Shown here: in pieces, positions 23,258 to 33,029 of the stretch
How the letters are laid out: the number at the start of each line of letters is the position of its first letter
Numbering within the stretch: position 1 is the first letter of the stretch
Assembly (NCBI GenBank): GCA_963785305.1
Contig: CAWAUV010000008.1
Span: forward strand, 1,408,001 to 1,472,000
Origin: an uncultured Planctomycetaceae bacterium
GTDB lineage: Bacteria; Planctomycetota; Planctomycetia; Pirellulales; PALSA-1355
Direction of reading: 5' to 3'
Length of the DNA: 64,000 nucleotides
Notes under the pieces: model-generated
Told to the model about the DNA's origin: nothing
Seen by the model: the letters and a program-made list of their open reading frames with translations, nothing else
Databases searched by the model: none
Position numbers and translations under genes: made by a program

Positions 23258-24159
23258 ATGGCGACTGAAATGACCACCGCCGCCGCGAGCGAAACTTTAT
23301 CCGGAAGCCTCGAATCGCGGGGCGCGCGCCGATCGAACCTCGGCCGCTGCTGGCGGCCATGGCGCTTTGTCGGCGCGAGTGGGTGCGGTTCATCCGGCAG
23401 CGCAATCGCGTGTTCGGGGCCATCGGTCAGCCGATCATCTTTTGGCTGCTGTTTGGCCTGGGGCTGGGGCCTTCGTTTCGCGCGCCGGGCGTGGCGGCCG
23501 GAGCGGTGAGCTATCGCGAGTTCTTCTTTCCCGGCTCGCTCACGTTGATTCTCCTGTTTACCTCGATCTTCACCACGATTTCGATCATCGAAGACCGCCG
23601 CGAGGGGCTGTTGCAGTCGGTGCTCGTGGCGCCGATTCCGCGCTGGGCGATGGTGCTCGGCAAATTGCTCGGCGGCACATTGATCGCGCTGGCGCAGGGA
23701 CTCGTGTTCCTGATGCTCGCGCCGACCCAGGGCATCTCCTTTACGATCGTGTCGTTCCTGGCGATCGTGGCGTTCACGTTTCTCACGGCCTTGGCGCTCA
23801 CCGGGCTCGGGTTCATCTTTGCTTGGCGGCTCGACAGCTCGCAGGGCTTTCACGCGATCATGAGCGTGTTTCTCATGCCGATGTGGCTCCTGAGCGGGTC
23901 GTTTTTCCCCGCACCGCCCTGGCGCGAAGGCATGGGCTGGGGCGAAGCCGGCATGGCGATCGTGATGCACGCCAACCCGCTGACCTACTGCGTGGCGGGA
24001 CTGCGGCGGCTGCTTTATCTATCGATCGAAAACCCGCCGGTGCCGGCCGACACGCCCTCGCTCGCATTGTGCTGGGGAGTAACGATCGCGTTTGCCGCCG
24101 CGACGTTTTTGCTGAGCGTGAAAATCTCCGCCCAGCGCACGACCGCCGATCTGCTTTGA
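23258..24159 (+). CDS. ABC-2 type transporter permease; indel near 23325
   Basis: REWVRFIRQ, FFFPG, SIIEDRREG, SQGFHAIM, LLSGSFFP, NPLTY. Confidence 0.9.
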
Positions 24160-24191
24160 GCCATTTCCGGCGCCGCTGGAAGGTCGCGCGT

Positions 24192-25353
24192 TCATTGTCC
24201 GGTCCGGAGTTCAGTGCTCGATACATCGGCGCGAAATCGCTCGGCCGCGACTTCATCAATGCAAATCGCCCGCAGCGCCGGGCTCACTTCGAGCCGCGAG
24301 AGCGAGCGAAATCCAGCGTCGCCCGCGGCGCCGTCGAGCGGCATCAGCCGGCCGAACACCAGGAACTTGCAACCGCGGGCGGCAATGGCGTTTATCGCCG
24401 CGTCGCGAGCGGCTTCGCCGTGGCCGTAGAACCGCGGTTGATCGATCCGCGGCAGCGTGTCGGCGCCCACGATGAATGTCGCTCCCGGAAACAACTCGGC
24501 TTTGGCCGCGAAGGTTGCGGCGCGAGTCAGATACACGCTCTCGTCGGCGCCGAACTGCCGCAGCCTTCGGGCCATCTCCAGGTAATCGAGCGGCGGCTTG
24601 TCGGCGTTTTCGATCGGCAGTTCCCAAGCGACCGGCGCACCGAGTAACTTCTCGGCCACTCGGGCCATCTGTTCGTGGCCATGATGGCGCGGGTTGAAGG
24701 CGCCGGAGAAGATCACGGCCGGCGCGGCGCTCCGTGCTTCGATCGCGTCCGGGCCGCTGGCGACCAATTTGGCCACGCGACCCGACCACAAGTCTTGCCA
24801 TGCGTCGGACGCGTCGTGGCGATCGATCGAGAGCGTTTCGCCCTTGATCAGCTCGACGGGCGCTGGCGACTTCGAGGCCGGCGGCCTCGGCGATCGTGTT
24901 CAGCAACAAGGTGGCGGCCAGTCGCTCTTCCTCGGCCCGAGTGCGGCTGCCCTTGGCCAAGATGAGCGACACCGCCACGGTCGCCGCGCCGGTCTGGCAG
25001 GCCAAATGCAAGCGATGCTCGCCGCGTTTGGGCCGATCCGAGGCCAGGCTCGCCGTGAGCGACACTCCCGCGCGGCGAGGCCATTCGCCGCCCAGCGAGC
25101 CGCCCCGCGCGAACGCCACCATCGCCATCGCGCGGGCCGTCGCTTCGGAGCAGTATTGATCGGGCAACTTGCCCAAATACGCCTCCAGCGCCGCCGAAGC
25201 ATAAGGCACGACACATTCGAGCACCGTTCGCGATCCGCCGGGCGCCGAGAGCAATTCGCCAATCGCAAGCGATCCCCCGCCGGTGAGCGCGAGCGAAAGC
25301 TGCACGCGCGAGGCGTGGATCTGGGCAACAAGCGGTTCGATCGTGCTCTGCAT
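24192..25353 (-). CDS. CinA/PncC-like N-domain fused to HxGH nucleotidyltransferase (NMN/NaMN adenylyltransferase-like); indel at ~24860
   Basis: LTGGGS..PGGSRTVLE..VPY..TARAMA..SDRPKRGEHR; then GAFNPRHHGH, NADKPPL, FIVGADT, FLVFGR, DVSSTELR. Confidence 0.8.
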
Positions 25354-25538
25354 CGCTCGAGGGGCCCGGGAGCGTTTTCCCAAAGAAAAAATCTTCGCAC
25401 ATGGCGCCAAGATGCGCAAGAGGGCGGCCGGAGAAAAAAAATTTTCGCCCTCAAGGTCAATAAAACGTCTTCGCCAGCGAACAACATTGCATGGCCGCCA
25501 TTCGAGATCGCATGTCACATTAAGGGAGGGATCGAGCG

Positions 25539-26386
25539 ATGTTCCTATTGAAAAAAGTCGTTCTGGGGGCCGCCGCCGTGGCGCTGCTCTCCACATTGTG
25601 CTTCGGGCGCAACGCGCTGAGTTATCTCGGCGCCTCGGTCGGAATCGTGAAAAACTCGGTGAAAAACGGCGTGCCGATGGATTTCGAGCTTAGCCGCGCC
25701 CGCGACATGGTGAAGAACTTGCTGCCCGACATTCGTGGAAACATGCATGTAATCGCCCAGGAAGAAGTCGAGGTCGAGCGGTTGGGCAAGCAAATCGCCG
25801 CCCTGCAAACGACCGTCGATCGCGAGCGGGGTGAATTGGCCCGGCTGAAAGACGACCTCGCGACGCACGCGGTTTCGTTCGAGTACAATGGCCGCAAGTA
25901 CGACTGCGCCGCGGTCAAGACCGATCTCACTCGGCGGTTCGAGCGATTCAAGACGCATGAGGCCACGCTCGCGAGCCTCGCCGGGATCGAGCAAGCCCGC
26001 AAACGCAGCCTCGACGCCTCGCGACAAAAGACTCGAGGGCATGTTGGCGGCGAAGCGTCGAGCTCGAGGTCGAAGTCGAGAACCTCGAGGCCCGCTCGAA
26101 AATGGTCGAGGTGGCCCAAACGACGAGCGATTATAATTTCGACGATAGCCGACTGGGTCGGGTGCGCGAATTGTTGGGCGAGTTGAAGGCCCGCCTGGCG
26201 GTGTCGCAGAAGCTCGTCGACGCGGACCATGATATCCACGACGAAATCAGCCTCTCGCCATCGTCCGGCAACGATATCGTCGAGCAGGTGACACGCTATC
26301 TCGAAGCGGGCCATTCGGCGGCGCCGGGCGGCGAGTCGGGCGAAAGCGGTCTGGCGGCCAAGGAGGTCGGCGCGACGACGCCGTGA
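25539..26386 (+). CDS. Membrane-anchored/secreted long coiled-coil protein, possibly PspA/IM30-like; indels at ~26030 and ~26058
   Basis: Strong SD GGAGG; hydrophobic N-terminus; helical heptad-rich sequence across ORFs 25539, 25888 and 26102. Confidence 0.75.
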
Positions 26387-26397
26387 GGTTGCGAGCA

Positions 26398-26448
26398 GCG
26401 AGTTTTTCCGAACCGCGAGTTTTTTCAACAGGCGAGTCTTTTCGACAG
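26398..26448 (+). repeat. Three tandem 17-bp direct repeats (GCGAGTYTTTYCRA...)
   Basis: GCGAGTTTTTCCGAACC / GCGAGTTTTTTCAACAG / GCGAGTCTTTTCGACAG. Confidence 0.8.
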
Positions 26449-27188
26449 TGAGAAACTCCTCGACCAACTTGCCGCGCAACACCCAACCTCGCGCCGATAC
26501 GATTCCCGCCGGCGCGCTCGGCGGCGCTGGGGCGACGTTCGAAAACTTCGTGCTCTGGATCGACGCCGTGGGCGGGTTCCTCGTGTGCTCGCAATCGCGA
26601 GTATCGCTCGGCCCCGCCGATAGTCCCGCGGGCGATCGTTTGCCCGAGATCGCGCTTTGGGCCGATCTTCGCCCGGAGCATGCCACGATCGCTCGCGATC
26701 GCGAGGGTTATGTGCTCGCGCCCTCGGGGCCCACCTCGATCGATGGCCGGCCGACGACCGGTCCCGTGGCGCTGGTCGATGGCGCGGTGATCGGGCTAGG
26801 CGCACCGGCGCGGTTGCGATTTTCTCGGCCCCATCCGCTGAGCGCTTCGGCGCGGCTCGACATCATGAGCGGGCATCGGACGAATCCGGCGGTCAATGCG
26901 ATCGTGCTGGCGGCCGACACGGTTCTGCTGGGGCCCGATCCGCGGAGCCATATCGTTTGCCGCCGCTGGTCGTCGGCGCTCACGCTCTACCGGCGCGGCG
27001 ATCGCTGGGCCTGTCTCGCGCAATCGCCGCTGGAGATCGATGGCCAAGTCGGAGCGACCTCGGGCTGGTTGACGAGCGAGAGTCGGATCGTGGGCGAAGA
27101 GATTTCGCTCGGTTTGGAGCCTTATTGCCCGGAGAATGCGAACCGGGCGCCTTTGCAGCGCGATCGGCGCCTTGCTTCGCGCGGGTGA
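26448..27188 (+). CDS. FHA-like domain protein (two beta-rich repeats)
   Basis: LWIDAVGGFLV..VSLG..ADLRPEHATIARDREGYVL..LVDGAVIGLG pattern, followed by a similar second repeat. Confidence 0.7.
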   Translation: MRNSSTNLPRNTQPRADTIPAGALGGAGATFENFVLWIDAVGGFLVCSQSRVSLGPADSPAGDRLPEIALWADLRPEHATIARDREGYVLAPSGPTSIDGRPTTGPVALVDGAVIGLGAPARLRFSRPHPLSASARLDIMSGHRTNPAVNAIVLAADTVLLGPDPRSHIVCRRWSSALTLYRRGDRWACLAQSPLEIDGQVGATSGWLTSESRIVGEEISLGLEPYCPENANRAPLQRDRRLASRG

Positions 27189-27189
27189 T

Positions 27190-27217
27190 TTGCCGGACCG
27201 CGGCGGTTTGCGATAAT
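27190..27217 (+). promoter_or_regulatory. Putative sigma70 promoter for the kinase gene
   Basis: TTGCCG-N16-GATAAT with extended TG. Confidence 0.4.
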
Positions 27218-27238
27218 GGTTCGTGCGAGCGAATAGCC

Positions 27239-28909
27239 ATGAATGCTCCATTTCCACGAACCGAAACTCCGCCGGGGCCGGCCCGAGCCGCCATGAAGTT
27301 TCTCCACGCCACCGGTTCCCGCCCACTCGAGGGTTACACGATCAAGCGCGGGCTGGGTCGCGGGGGCTTTGGCGAAGTGTATTACGCGGTGAGCGAAGCC
27401 GGCAAGGATGTGGCGCTCAAGCTGGTGCGGCGCAATTTCGATGTCGAACTGCGCGGAGTCGGCCATTGCTTGAATCTCAAGCATCCGCATCTGCTCGCGC
27501 TCCACGACATCAAGCGCGACGCGGAAGACAACATCTGGGTGGTCATGGAATACATTGCCGGCGAGTCGCTCGAAGACCGCTTGGCCCGAGCCCCCCAGGG
27601 ACTCCCACCCGAGGAAGCTTGCCAATGGGCCCGCGGCGCGGCGGCCGGGCTCGCCTATCTACACGACCACGGAATCGTGCATCGCGACCTCAAGCCAGGC
27701 AATGTGTTCGTCGACGAAGGCATCGTCAAGCTCGGCGACTACGGCCTCTCGAAATACATTTCATGTGGTCGCCGCAGCGGGCAGACCGATAGCGTGGGCA
27801 CCGTGCATTACATGGCGCCCGAGGTGGCCAACGGTCGCTACGGCAAGCAGATCGACATTTATGCCTTGGGCGTGTTGATCCATGAAACGCTCACTGGCCG
27901 CGCGCCGTTCGAGGGCGAAAGCGTGGGCGAAGTGCTGATGAAGCATCTCACGGCAACGCCCGATCTGACGGCGCTCGTCGAGCCCTATCGCTCGGTGGTC
28001 GGCCGGGCGATGGCCAAGGATCCGGAAGCGCGTTTCGAGTCGGTCGAGGCCATGGTCGACCGGCTGCCCAGCTTCGCCGGCACGCGGCCTTTGACCTTCG
28101 CGCACGGTAGCCCGACGCCGCGGGCGAGTCTCGTTGCGCGCGAAAACCCGGCGCGGCGCGAAAACCCGACCCTCGGCGCTTCGCTCGCATTGCTCGCCAA
28201 TTCGTCGCCCGCGTCAAAATCACCGCGCGAGCGAATGGCCGATCTCTTGGGCGCGATGTTGTTTGCCGCGGGGGTCGCGGTGGTGACGGGCGTGCTGCTC
28301 TTGCTGGCCCGCGGCGTTCCGCCCGAGCCGCAGCAGTTTGCGTGGCTGTGGATGGTCGCCACGTTGGGCTCCTGGTGCGTGATGGTTCCGGCCAAAGCCT
28401 GGGAAGGCGCCCTGGGCGACATCACCTTGCGGCGGTTTGCCATGCTCGTGATCGGGCTCGCCTTCGGAATCGCGACCTGGGGCTTGCATCGCATCTTGTT
28501 CGTCGAATTGCCGGGCGATTCGCGGTTTGTGATCGACTCCGGGGTCTTTGCCCGATCGTGGATTAACCTGTCGCTGATCGACGGCAGGCCGAGTGTGTGG
28601 ACATTCGCAATTTATTTCGGACTGCTCTTCGCGGTCCCGCGTTGGTGGCGGCAGGCAGACCCGGCGCGGCTGCGGCGCGTGAGCCTGGGCTCGGTGGCCA
28701 GGGCCGTGCTCGCGGCTTGGCTGCTGAACATGTTGTGTCCCTTTCCGCAACCCTGGGGTCTGATGGTCGCCGCCGCGATCTCGCTCACCACGCAACTGGC
28801 CAGCCCGCTCGAGCCGCTTGATGTCGGCGAGCCGATCGATGGCAAGCGAACACGGCGGGCTTTGCCGCATGGCGCGCGCGGCCGAGATGCTCGGAAGGAG
28901 ATTCGCTGA
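27239..28909 (+). CDS. Hanks-type Ser/Thr protein kinase with C-terminal multi-TM domain
   Basis: GRGGFGEVY, VALK, HRDLKPGN, DYG, GTVHYMAPE, DIYALG; about 6 hydrophobic segments after the kinase domain. Confidence 0.95.
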   Translation: MNAPFPRTETPPGPARAAMKFLHATGSRPLEGYTIKRGLGRGGFGEVYYAVSEAGKDVALKLVRRNFDVELRGVGHCLNLKHPHLLALHDIKRDAEDNIWVVMEYIAGESLEDRLARAPQGLPPEEACQWARGAAAGLAYLHDHGIVHRDLKPGNVFVDEGIVKLGDYGLSKYISCGRRSGQTDSVGTVHYMAPEVANGRYGKQIDIYALGVLIHETLTGRAPFEGESVGEVLMKHLTATPDLTALVEPYRSVVGRAMAKDPEARFESVEAMVDRLPSFAGTRPLTFAHGSPTPRASLVARENPARRENPTLGASLALLANSSPASKSPRERMADLLGAMLFAAGVAVVTGVLLLLARGVPPEPQQFAWLWMVATLGSWCVMVPAKAWEGALGDITLRRFAMLVIGLAFGIATWGLHRILFVELPGDSRFVIDSGVFARSWINLSLIDGRPSVWTFAIYFGLLFAVPRWWRQADPARLRRVSLGSVARAVLAAWLLNMLCPFPQPWGLMVAAAISLTTQLASPLEPLDVGEPIDGKRTRRALPHGARGRDARKEIR

Positions 28910-29696
28910 TGCATGCAATACAAGCTCCGGTGTGGCTGCCTTGGGTGGCGCTCGGTGGCGTGGTGCTTATGGCCATGATGCTGGTTGCGCTGTTCGTGCT
29001 GGCGCTCGTGTTTCAGCGCTGGCTCTTGGCGCTGGGCATCGTGGGGTTCGTTGGGGTCGGAGGCTTTGTGCTGATGGGAGTTTTCACGCTCCGCATGGCG
29101 CGGAGTTCCAACGAAGTGGCGTACATCGAGTCGCGCTCAACGCGGCCGGAGAAAGATGCTTCGCATCGGGCCCCGACGCTCGACGAGCAGGTAACCGTAA
29201 AGCGAGAACCGATCGAGCTCAACCCCATACCGCGACCCGATTGGGTCGAACAAACCGCGACGTTACGAAACGGCAGTTACGTGACCGTCGTCCGCTCGGG
29301 CCTCTATGCCACGCCGGGCGAATGCCAGCGCCCTTGGAAGCCGCCGAGCTCGCCGCCGGGGCGGAATATCTCGATGATTTTCTCGGCGCCGACGCCAGTC
29401 GCCTTGTCGCGCTCGATATTGAGTATCTGCGCGATCATGTCGAACGCGATCGGCACTACGAAACCACGGAAGCCTCGATCGGAGCAATGCATCAAGCCTT
29501 TGCCCAACTCTGTTTCGATCGGGCGGCGCAAGACGATCTGCGTGCTCGGTGGCGACAAGCGGTCGCGGTCAATCGACTGTGGAGCGCCGGCGGCATCGCG
29601 GCGGTGACATTGCTCGGCATGGCCGCGGCGCTCGAACGCCTGCGGCGCGTGAATCGTCGCGAGCGGCTCGATGCGACGCGCCCGGTCGAGGCATGA
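28909..29696 (+). CDS. Hypothetical membrane protein, translationally coupled to the kinase; indel at ~29329
   Basis: TGATG stop/start overlap; 2 N-terminal TMs (ORF 28909); C-part with terminal TM in ORF 28818-29696. Confidence 0.7.
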
Positions 29697-29736
29697 ACAG
29701 GGCGAGCGAGTCGCGTCGTTCGGCGCTCCGCGCCGC

Positions 29737-30720
29737 TTATCGCGCGAAGGGCAACCGCGAGAGTCCCCACACGGCCAGCACCAGCGCCGCGATCGGCGCG
29801 AGCGCGAGTCCGCAGCGTTCGAGTTGTCGCTCGCGATCACTCCGCGGTTCGACGGCGTGCGCCGGCTCCAGGGATTCGACGAGCGCGGCGATCTCTTGCT
29901 CGTCGGCGGCAAGCGGCGCCGTTCGCGGTGGCGTGGTCAAGGCAAACCATCCGACGAGCAGCGCCAGACCAAACGACACCGGCGGCGCGGCCCTTCGCCA
30001 CAAGCCGATGCGCGTCGCCACGTCGCCCGCATGCGGCAGCGCGCCACTCAAGGGCGCTTCTTCGTGAGATCGTCTCACGCCGCGGCGGGCCAATATTCGC
30101 CATGCCGGCAGCGTTGCCAGGAGCGTGATGAACATATGGACCACCGGCGGCGCCAGGCAACTCGCCAGCGCCGCGAGCAAAAGCGTCATGTGAAAAGCAA
30201 GCAACGCCAGTCGATTCGTGAAATATTTGTGCGTCGGCAAATAATAAAGCCAAACCGCGGCCGCCACCACGCCCGGCCACGCCCGCAACGAACAAATGCC
30301 CATTGCCAGCCACGAGCGATCGAGCGCCCAGGCGCCGATCGCAAGCCAAGCGAGGAGCAACGAGTAAACCCAGCGGCTCGGCAACAAGCGGCGATGGCGG
30401 GCGAGCCGCCACAGGCCATATTCCACCGCGGCGGCGCAGGAGCCGGCGAGCATCACGATTCTCGCCAGCTCGAACGGGTTGTAGCCCTCGGCCCCCGGCA
30501 TCGGTGACAAAGCATGTCCGCCGCCGAGCGCTGTCATGCGAACAACGATCGCTTCCATCCATCCCGCGCCGCCTTCGAGCGCCAGGCATGCGATCAGCCA
30601 GCGCGAAACATGGCTCCCCCGCCAGCGGGCATGTAACATGCCGAGGGCGATCGCGAGCCAAGCCAAGCCGGTCGCGAAGTAGACAAATGGCAATTGATCC
30701 GCATGAAAAATGGTGGACAT
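29737..30720 (-). CDS. Hypothetical multi-pass membrane protein
   Basis: Long ORF with many hydrophobic segments filling the space between the kinase cluster and motA. Confidence 0.6.
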   Translation of the reverse strand: MSTIFHADQLPFVYFATGLAWLAIALGMLHARWRGSHVSRWLIACLALEGGAGWMEAIVVRMTALGGGHALSPMPGAEGYNPFELARIVMLAGSCAAAVEYGLWRLARHRRLLPSRWVYSLLLAWLAIGAWALDRSWLAMGICSLRAWPGVVAAAVWLYYLPTHKYFTNRLALLAFHMTLLLAALASCLAPPVVHMFITLLATLPAWRILARRGVRRSHEEAPLSGALPHAGDVATRIGLWRRAAPPVSFGLALLVGWFALTTPPRTAPLAADEQEIAALVESLEPAHAVEPRSDRERQLERCGLALAPIAALVLAVWGLSRLPFAR

Positions 30721-31135
30721 AGGCGGTAGAAAATGTTCGCGAAGGTTGATGTCACATGGACCAAGGCTTGCGCGGGCTGGAACACCCATTTCGCGTCGAG
30801 CCACACAGCGAAAAGGTAGTTTGCGAAACAGGATCGCGGTGTCGCCATTGATTACCGTGGGATTCCGGCCGCAATCGACGCGTCGGCGAGCATGGCCCAC
30901 GCATCGGCACAATCGGCGTCCGCGGCGTTGCCCGCAAAACCCGACCCACCCCGCATTGCCCGGCCGCCCGACGCTCGAACGATTCGCGTCGGGCGGCTTG
31001 CGAATTGCGTGCTATATATTTGGAAACGGTCGACCCGGCGGCCCCTAGCCTCGCTTGCCGAACGGTGTGATCGTCCCGCCTACTTGTGGCCCGCCTCGAA
31101 TCCCGCCCGAATGTTTTAGCGATAGGCTCGTCCCC

Positions 31136-31996
31136 ATGGTTGTGATTATCGGATGCGTTGTCGTTGTTGGCGCCGTGCTCGCGGGTTTCGTGCTTTCGGG
31201 CGGGCAGATCGGGGCGCTGATTCACCCGACCGAAGTGCTCACCATCGGCGGCGCCGCGCTGGGCGCGCTGATCATCATGTCGCCGATGAACGTGCTCAAG
31301 GACCTTGTGCGCGGCATTCTCACGACGCTTAAAGGCAGTCCTTTCAACCGGCAAACCTACTGCGAGCTATTTCAAACGCTCTACGATTTGATGCGCGTCG
31401 CCCGCCGCGAGGGGCTCATTATTCTCGAATCGCATGTGGCGAACCCGCATGAGAGCGATATTTTCACGAAGTATCCCCGCATCGGCGGCAATCACCATGT
31501 GTGTGAGTTCATCTGCGGCGCGCTCTCGCCGCTGATCGAAGGCACGGCCACGCCCGAACAGTTGGCCACGCTGCTCGACGCCGAGCTGAAGGTGATGGAG
31601 GAAGAACATCACGCGCCGATGGGCGCCCTGAGCAAAACGGCCGACGCGCTGCCGGGCTTCGGCATCGTGGCGGCGGTGCTGGGCATCGTGATCACGATGG
31701 GCGCCATCGACGGGCCGGTCGAGGAGATCGGCCACAAAGTGGGCGCCGCTCTCGTGGGAACGTTCCTGGGTATTCTCGCGTCGTATGGCTTCTTTGGCCC
31801 CTTGGCCGCGCGGATGGACGCCCTGGGTCACGCCGAGATGGCGTTTTTTCGCACAATCGTGACTAGCGTCTTGGCCTTCATGAACAATGTGCCGCCCAAG
31901 GTGGCGCTGGATCAGGCCCGCCGCGGCGTGACCTCGGATGTTCGCCCCAGCCGCACGGAACTGGAAACGCTGTTCAAACAGGCCGACGCGGCGTAA
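31136..31996 (+). CDS. motA: Flagellar motor stator protein A
   Basis: HPTEVLTIGGAALG, ARREGLIILE, DALPGFGIVAAVLGIV, VGAALVGTFLGI..YGFFGPLA. Confidence 0.95.
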   Translation: MVVIIGCVVVVGAVLAGFVLSGGQIGALIHPTEVLTIGGAALGALIIMSPMNVLKDLVRGILTTLKGSPFNRQTYCELFQTLYDLMRVARREGLIILESHVANPHESDIFTKYPRIGGNHHVCEFICGALSPLIEGTATPEQLATLLDAELKVMEEEHHAPMGALSKTADALPGFGIVAAVLGIVITMGAIDGPVEEIGHKVGAALVGTFLGILASYGFFGPLAARMDALGHAEMAFFRTIVTSVLAFMNNVPPKVALDQARRGVTSDVRPSRTELETLFKQADAA

Positions 31997-32076
31997 GCCC
32001 GCGGCGCCGACGCGGCGCTCCGGGCGCGGGTGTTGTCTCTCCTTGCAATCCACGAGTTTAAGGATCGATCCCAGAC

Positions 32077-32910
32077 ATGGCAGCAGGCGGCGGCGGTGCA
32101 TGGAAAGTGGCCTACGCGGACTTCGTGACTGCGATGATGGCGTTTTTTCTCGTGATGTGGATCGTCGCGCAGAATAAACCCGTCAAAGAGGCCGTCGCCA
32201 AGTATTTCACCGATCCCTATGGGCTCGCCGATAAGCCCGGCCGCTCGAACACCATGATTCCGCTGCCGGCCAGCGGCAGTCCCACGATCAAAAGCCCCGC
32301 GCTCATCAAAGCCAAGACCGCCGCGGGCAAGGCGTCGGCCGATCCAGGATCGAAGACCTCGGAAGAAGCCGACCAGCGCAGCCGCAGCCCCGGCAAGGCC
32401 GGCATGAGCTCGGTGAACGACGATCCGCGCACCGTGGGCTCCTTGGTGCGCTTCGACGAAACCAGCGCCGAACTCGACGAGACCGCCCGGCAATCGCTCA
32501 ACGAGCTATTGCCCGAACTGCAAGGCAAGTCATTTCGGATCGAAGTTCGCGGCCACACGTCCGGCAAACCGCTTCCGTCGAGCGGCGCGTATAAAGACCC
32601 CTGGGCGCTGTCGTATGCGCGATCCATGGAGACCATGAAGTATCTGGTCGAGCACGGAATCTCGCCGAAGCGGATCCGCATTAGCCAAGCCGCCTCGAAC
32701 GAACAGAGCGCCAATAGCCAGGCCGACGGGCTGAAAAAGCCGCCCTCGCGAGTCGAGATCTACGCGCTCAATGAACTGGTTTATGAACCCGGCGCCACAC
32801 GCGGCCCACATGACGCCAAGCCCGGCAAGGCAAGCTTCAAGCGATCGTCGGCGCATGGGGCGGCGAAGTCGGCGGAGCACGGGGCGACCGCGGCTCGCGC
32901 GGAACCGTAA
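32077..32910 (+). CDS. motB: Flagellar motor stator protein B
   Basis: GAWKVAYADFVTAMMAFFLVMW; OmpA-like IEVRGHT..WALSYAR..RVEI. Confidence 0.93.
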   Translation: MAAGGGGAWKVAYADFVTAMMAFFLVMWIVAQNKPVKEAVAKYFTDPYGLADKPGRSNTMIPLPASGSPTIKSPALIKAKTAAGKASADPGSKTSEEADQRSRSPGKAGMSSVNDDPRTVGSLVRFDETSAELDETARQSLNELLPELQGKSFRIEVRGHTSGKPLPSSGAYKDPWALSYARSMETMKYLVEHGISPKRIRISQAASNEQSANSQADGLKKPPSRVEIYALNELVYEPGATRGPHDAKPGKASFKRSSAHGAAKSAEHGATAARAEP

Positions 32911-32944
32911 GGAGGCTCGCCCGGGCACGCGCCGTTAAAGACAA

Positions 32945-32993
32945 AACAACAGCCGCCAGTTCCCGCTTCGAGGGAGTTCTGGCGGCTGTTGTT
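32945..32993. terminator. Probable bidirectional intrinsic terminator between convergent motB and rpoD
   Basis: Perfect 15-bp inverted repeat AACAACAGCCGCCAG / CTGGCGGCTGTTGTT with A-rich and T-rich flanks. Confidence 0.85.
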
Positions 32994-33029
32994 GTTTCCG
33001 CGGCAAACGGGCGTCATCGCGACGCGCTC

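Noticed and set aside
26398..26448. Repeat array as a mini-CRISPR
   Set aside because: Units are 17 bp and contiguous with no spacers; no cas genes
28137..28168. CGCGAAAACCCG duplicated (RENP..RENP) in the kinase linker
   Set aside because: Short in-frame duplication in a disordered linker, with no sign of function
31136..32910. MotA/MotB-like pair as Zorya ZorAB anti-phage system
   Set aside because: Canonical flagellar MotA length and motifs, no long ZorA tail, canonical WKVAYADF MotB, and no zorC/D/E neighbours
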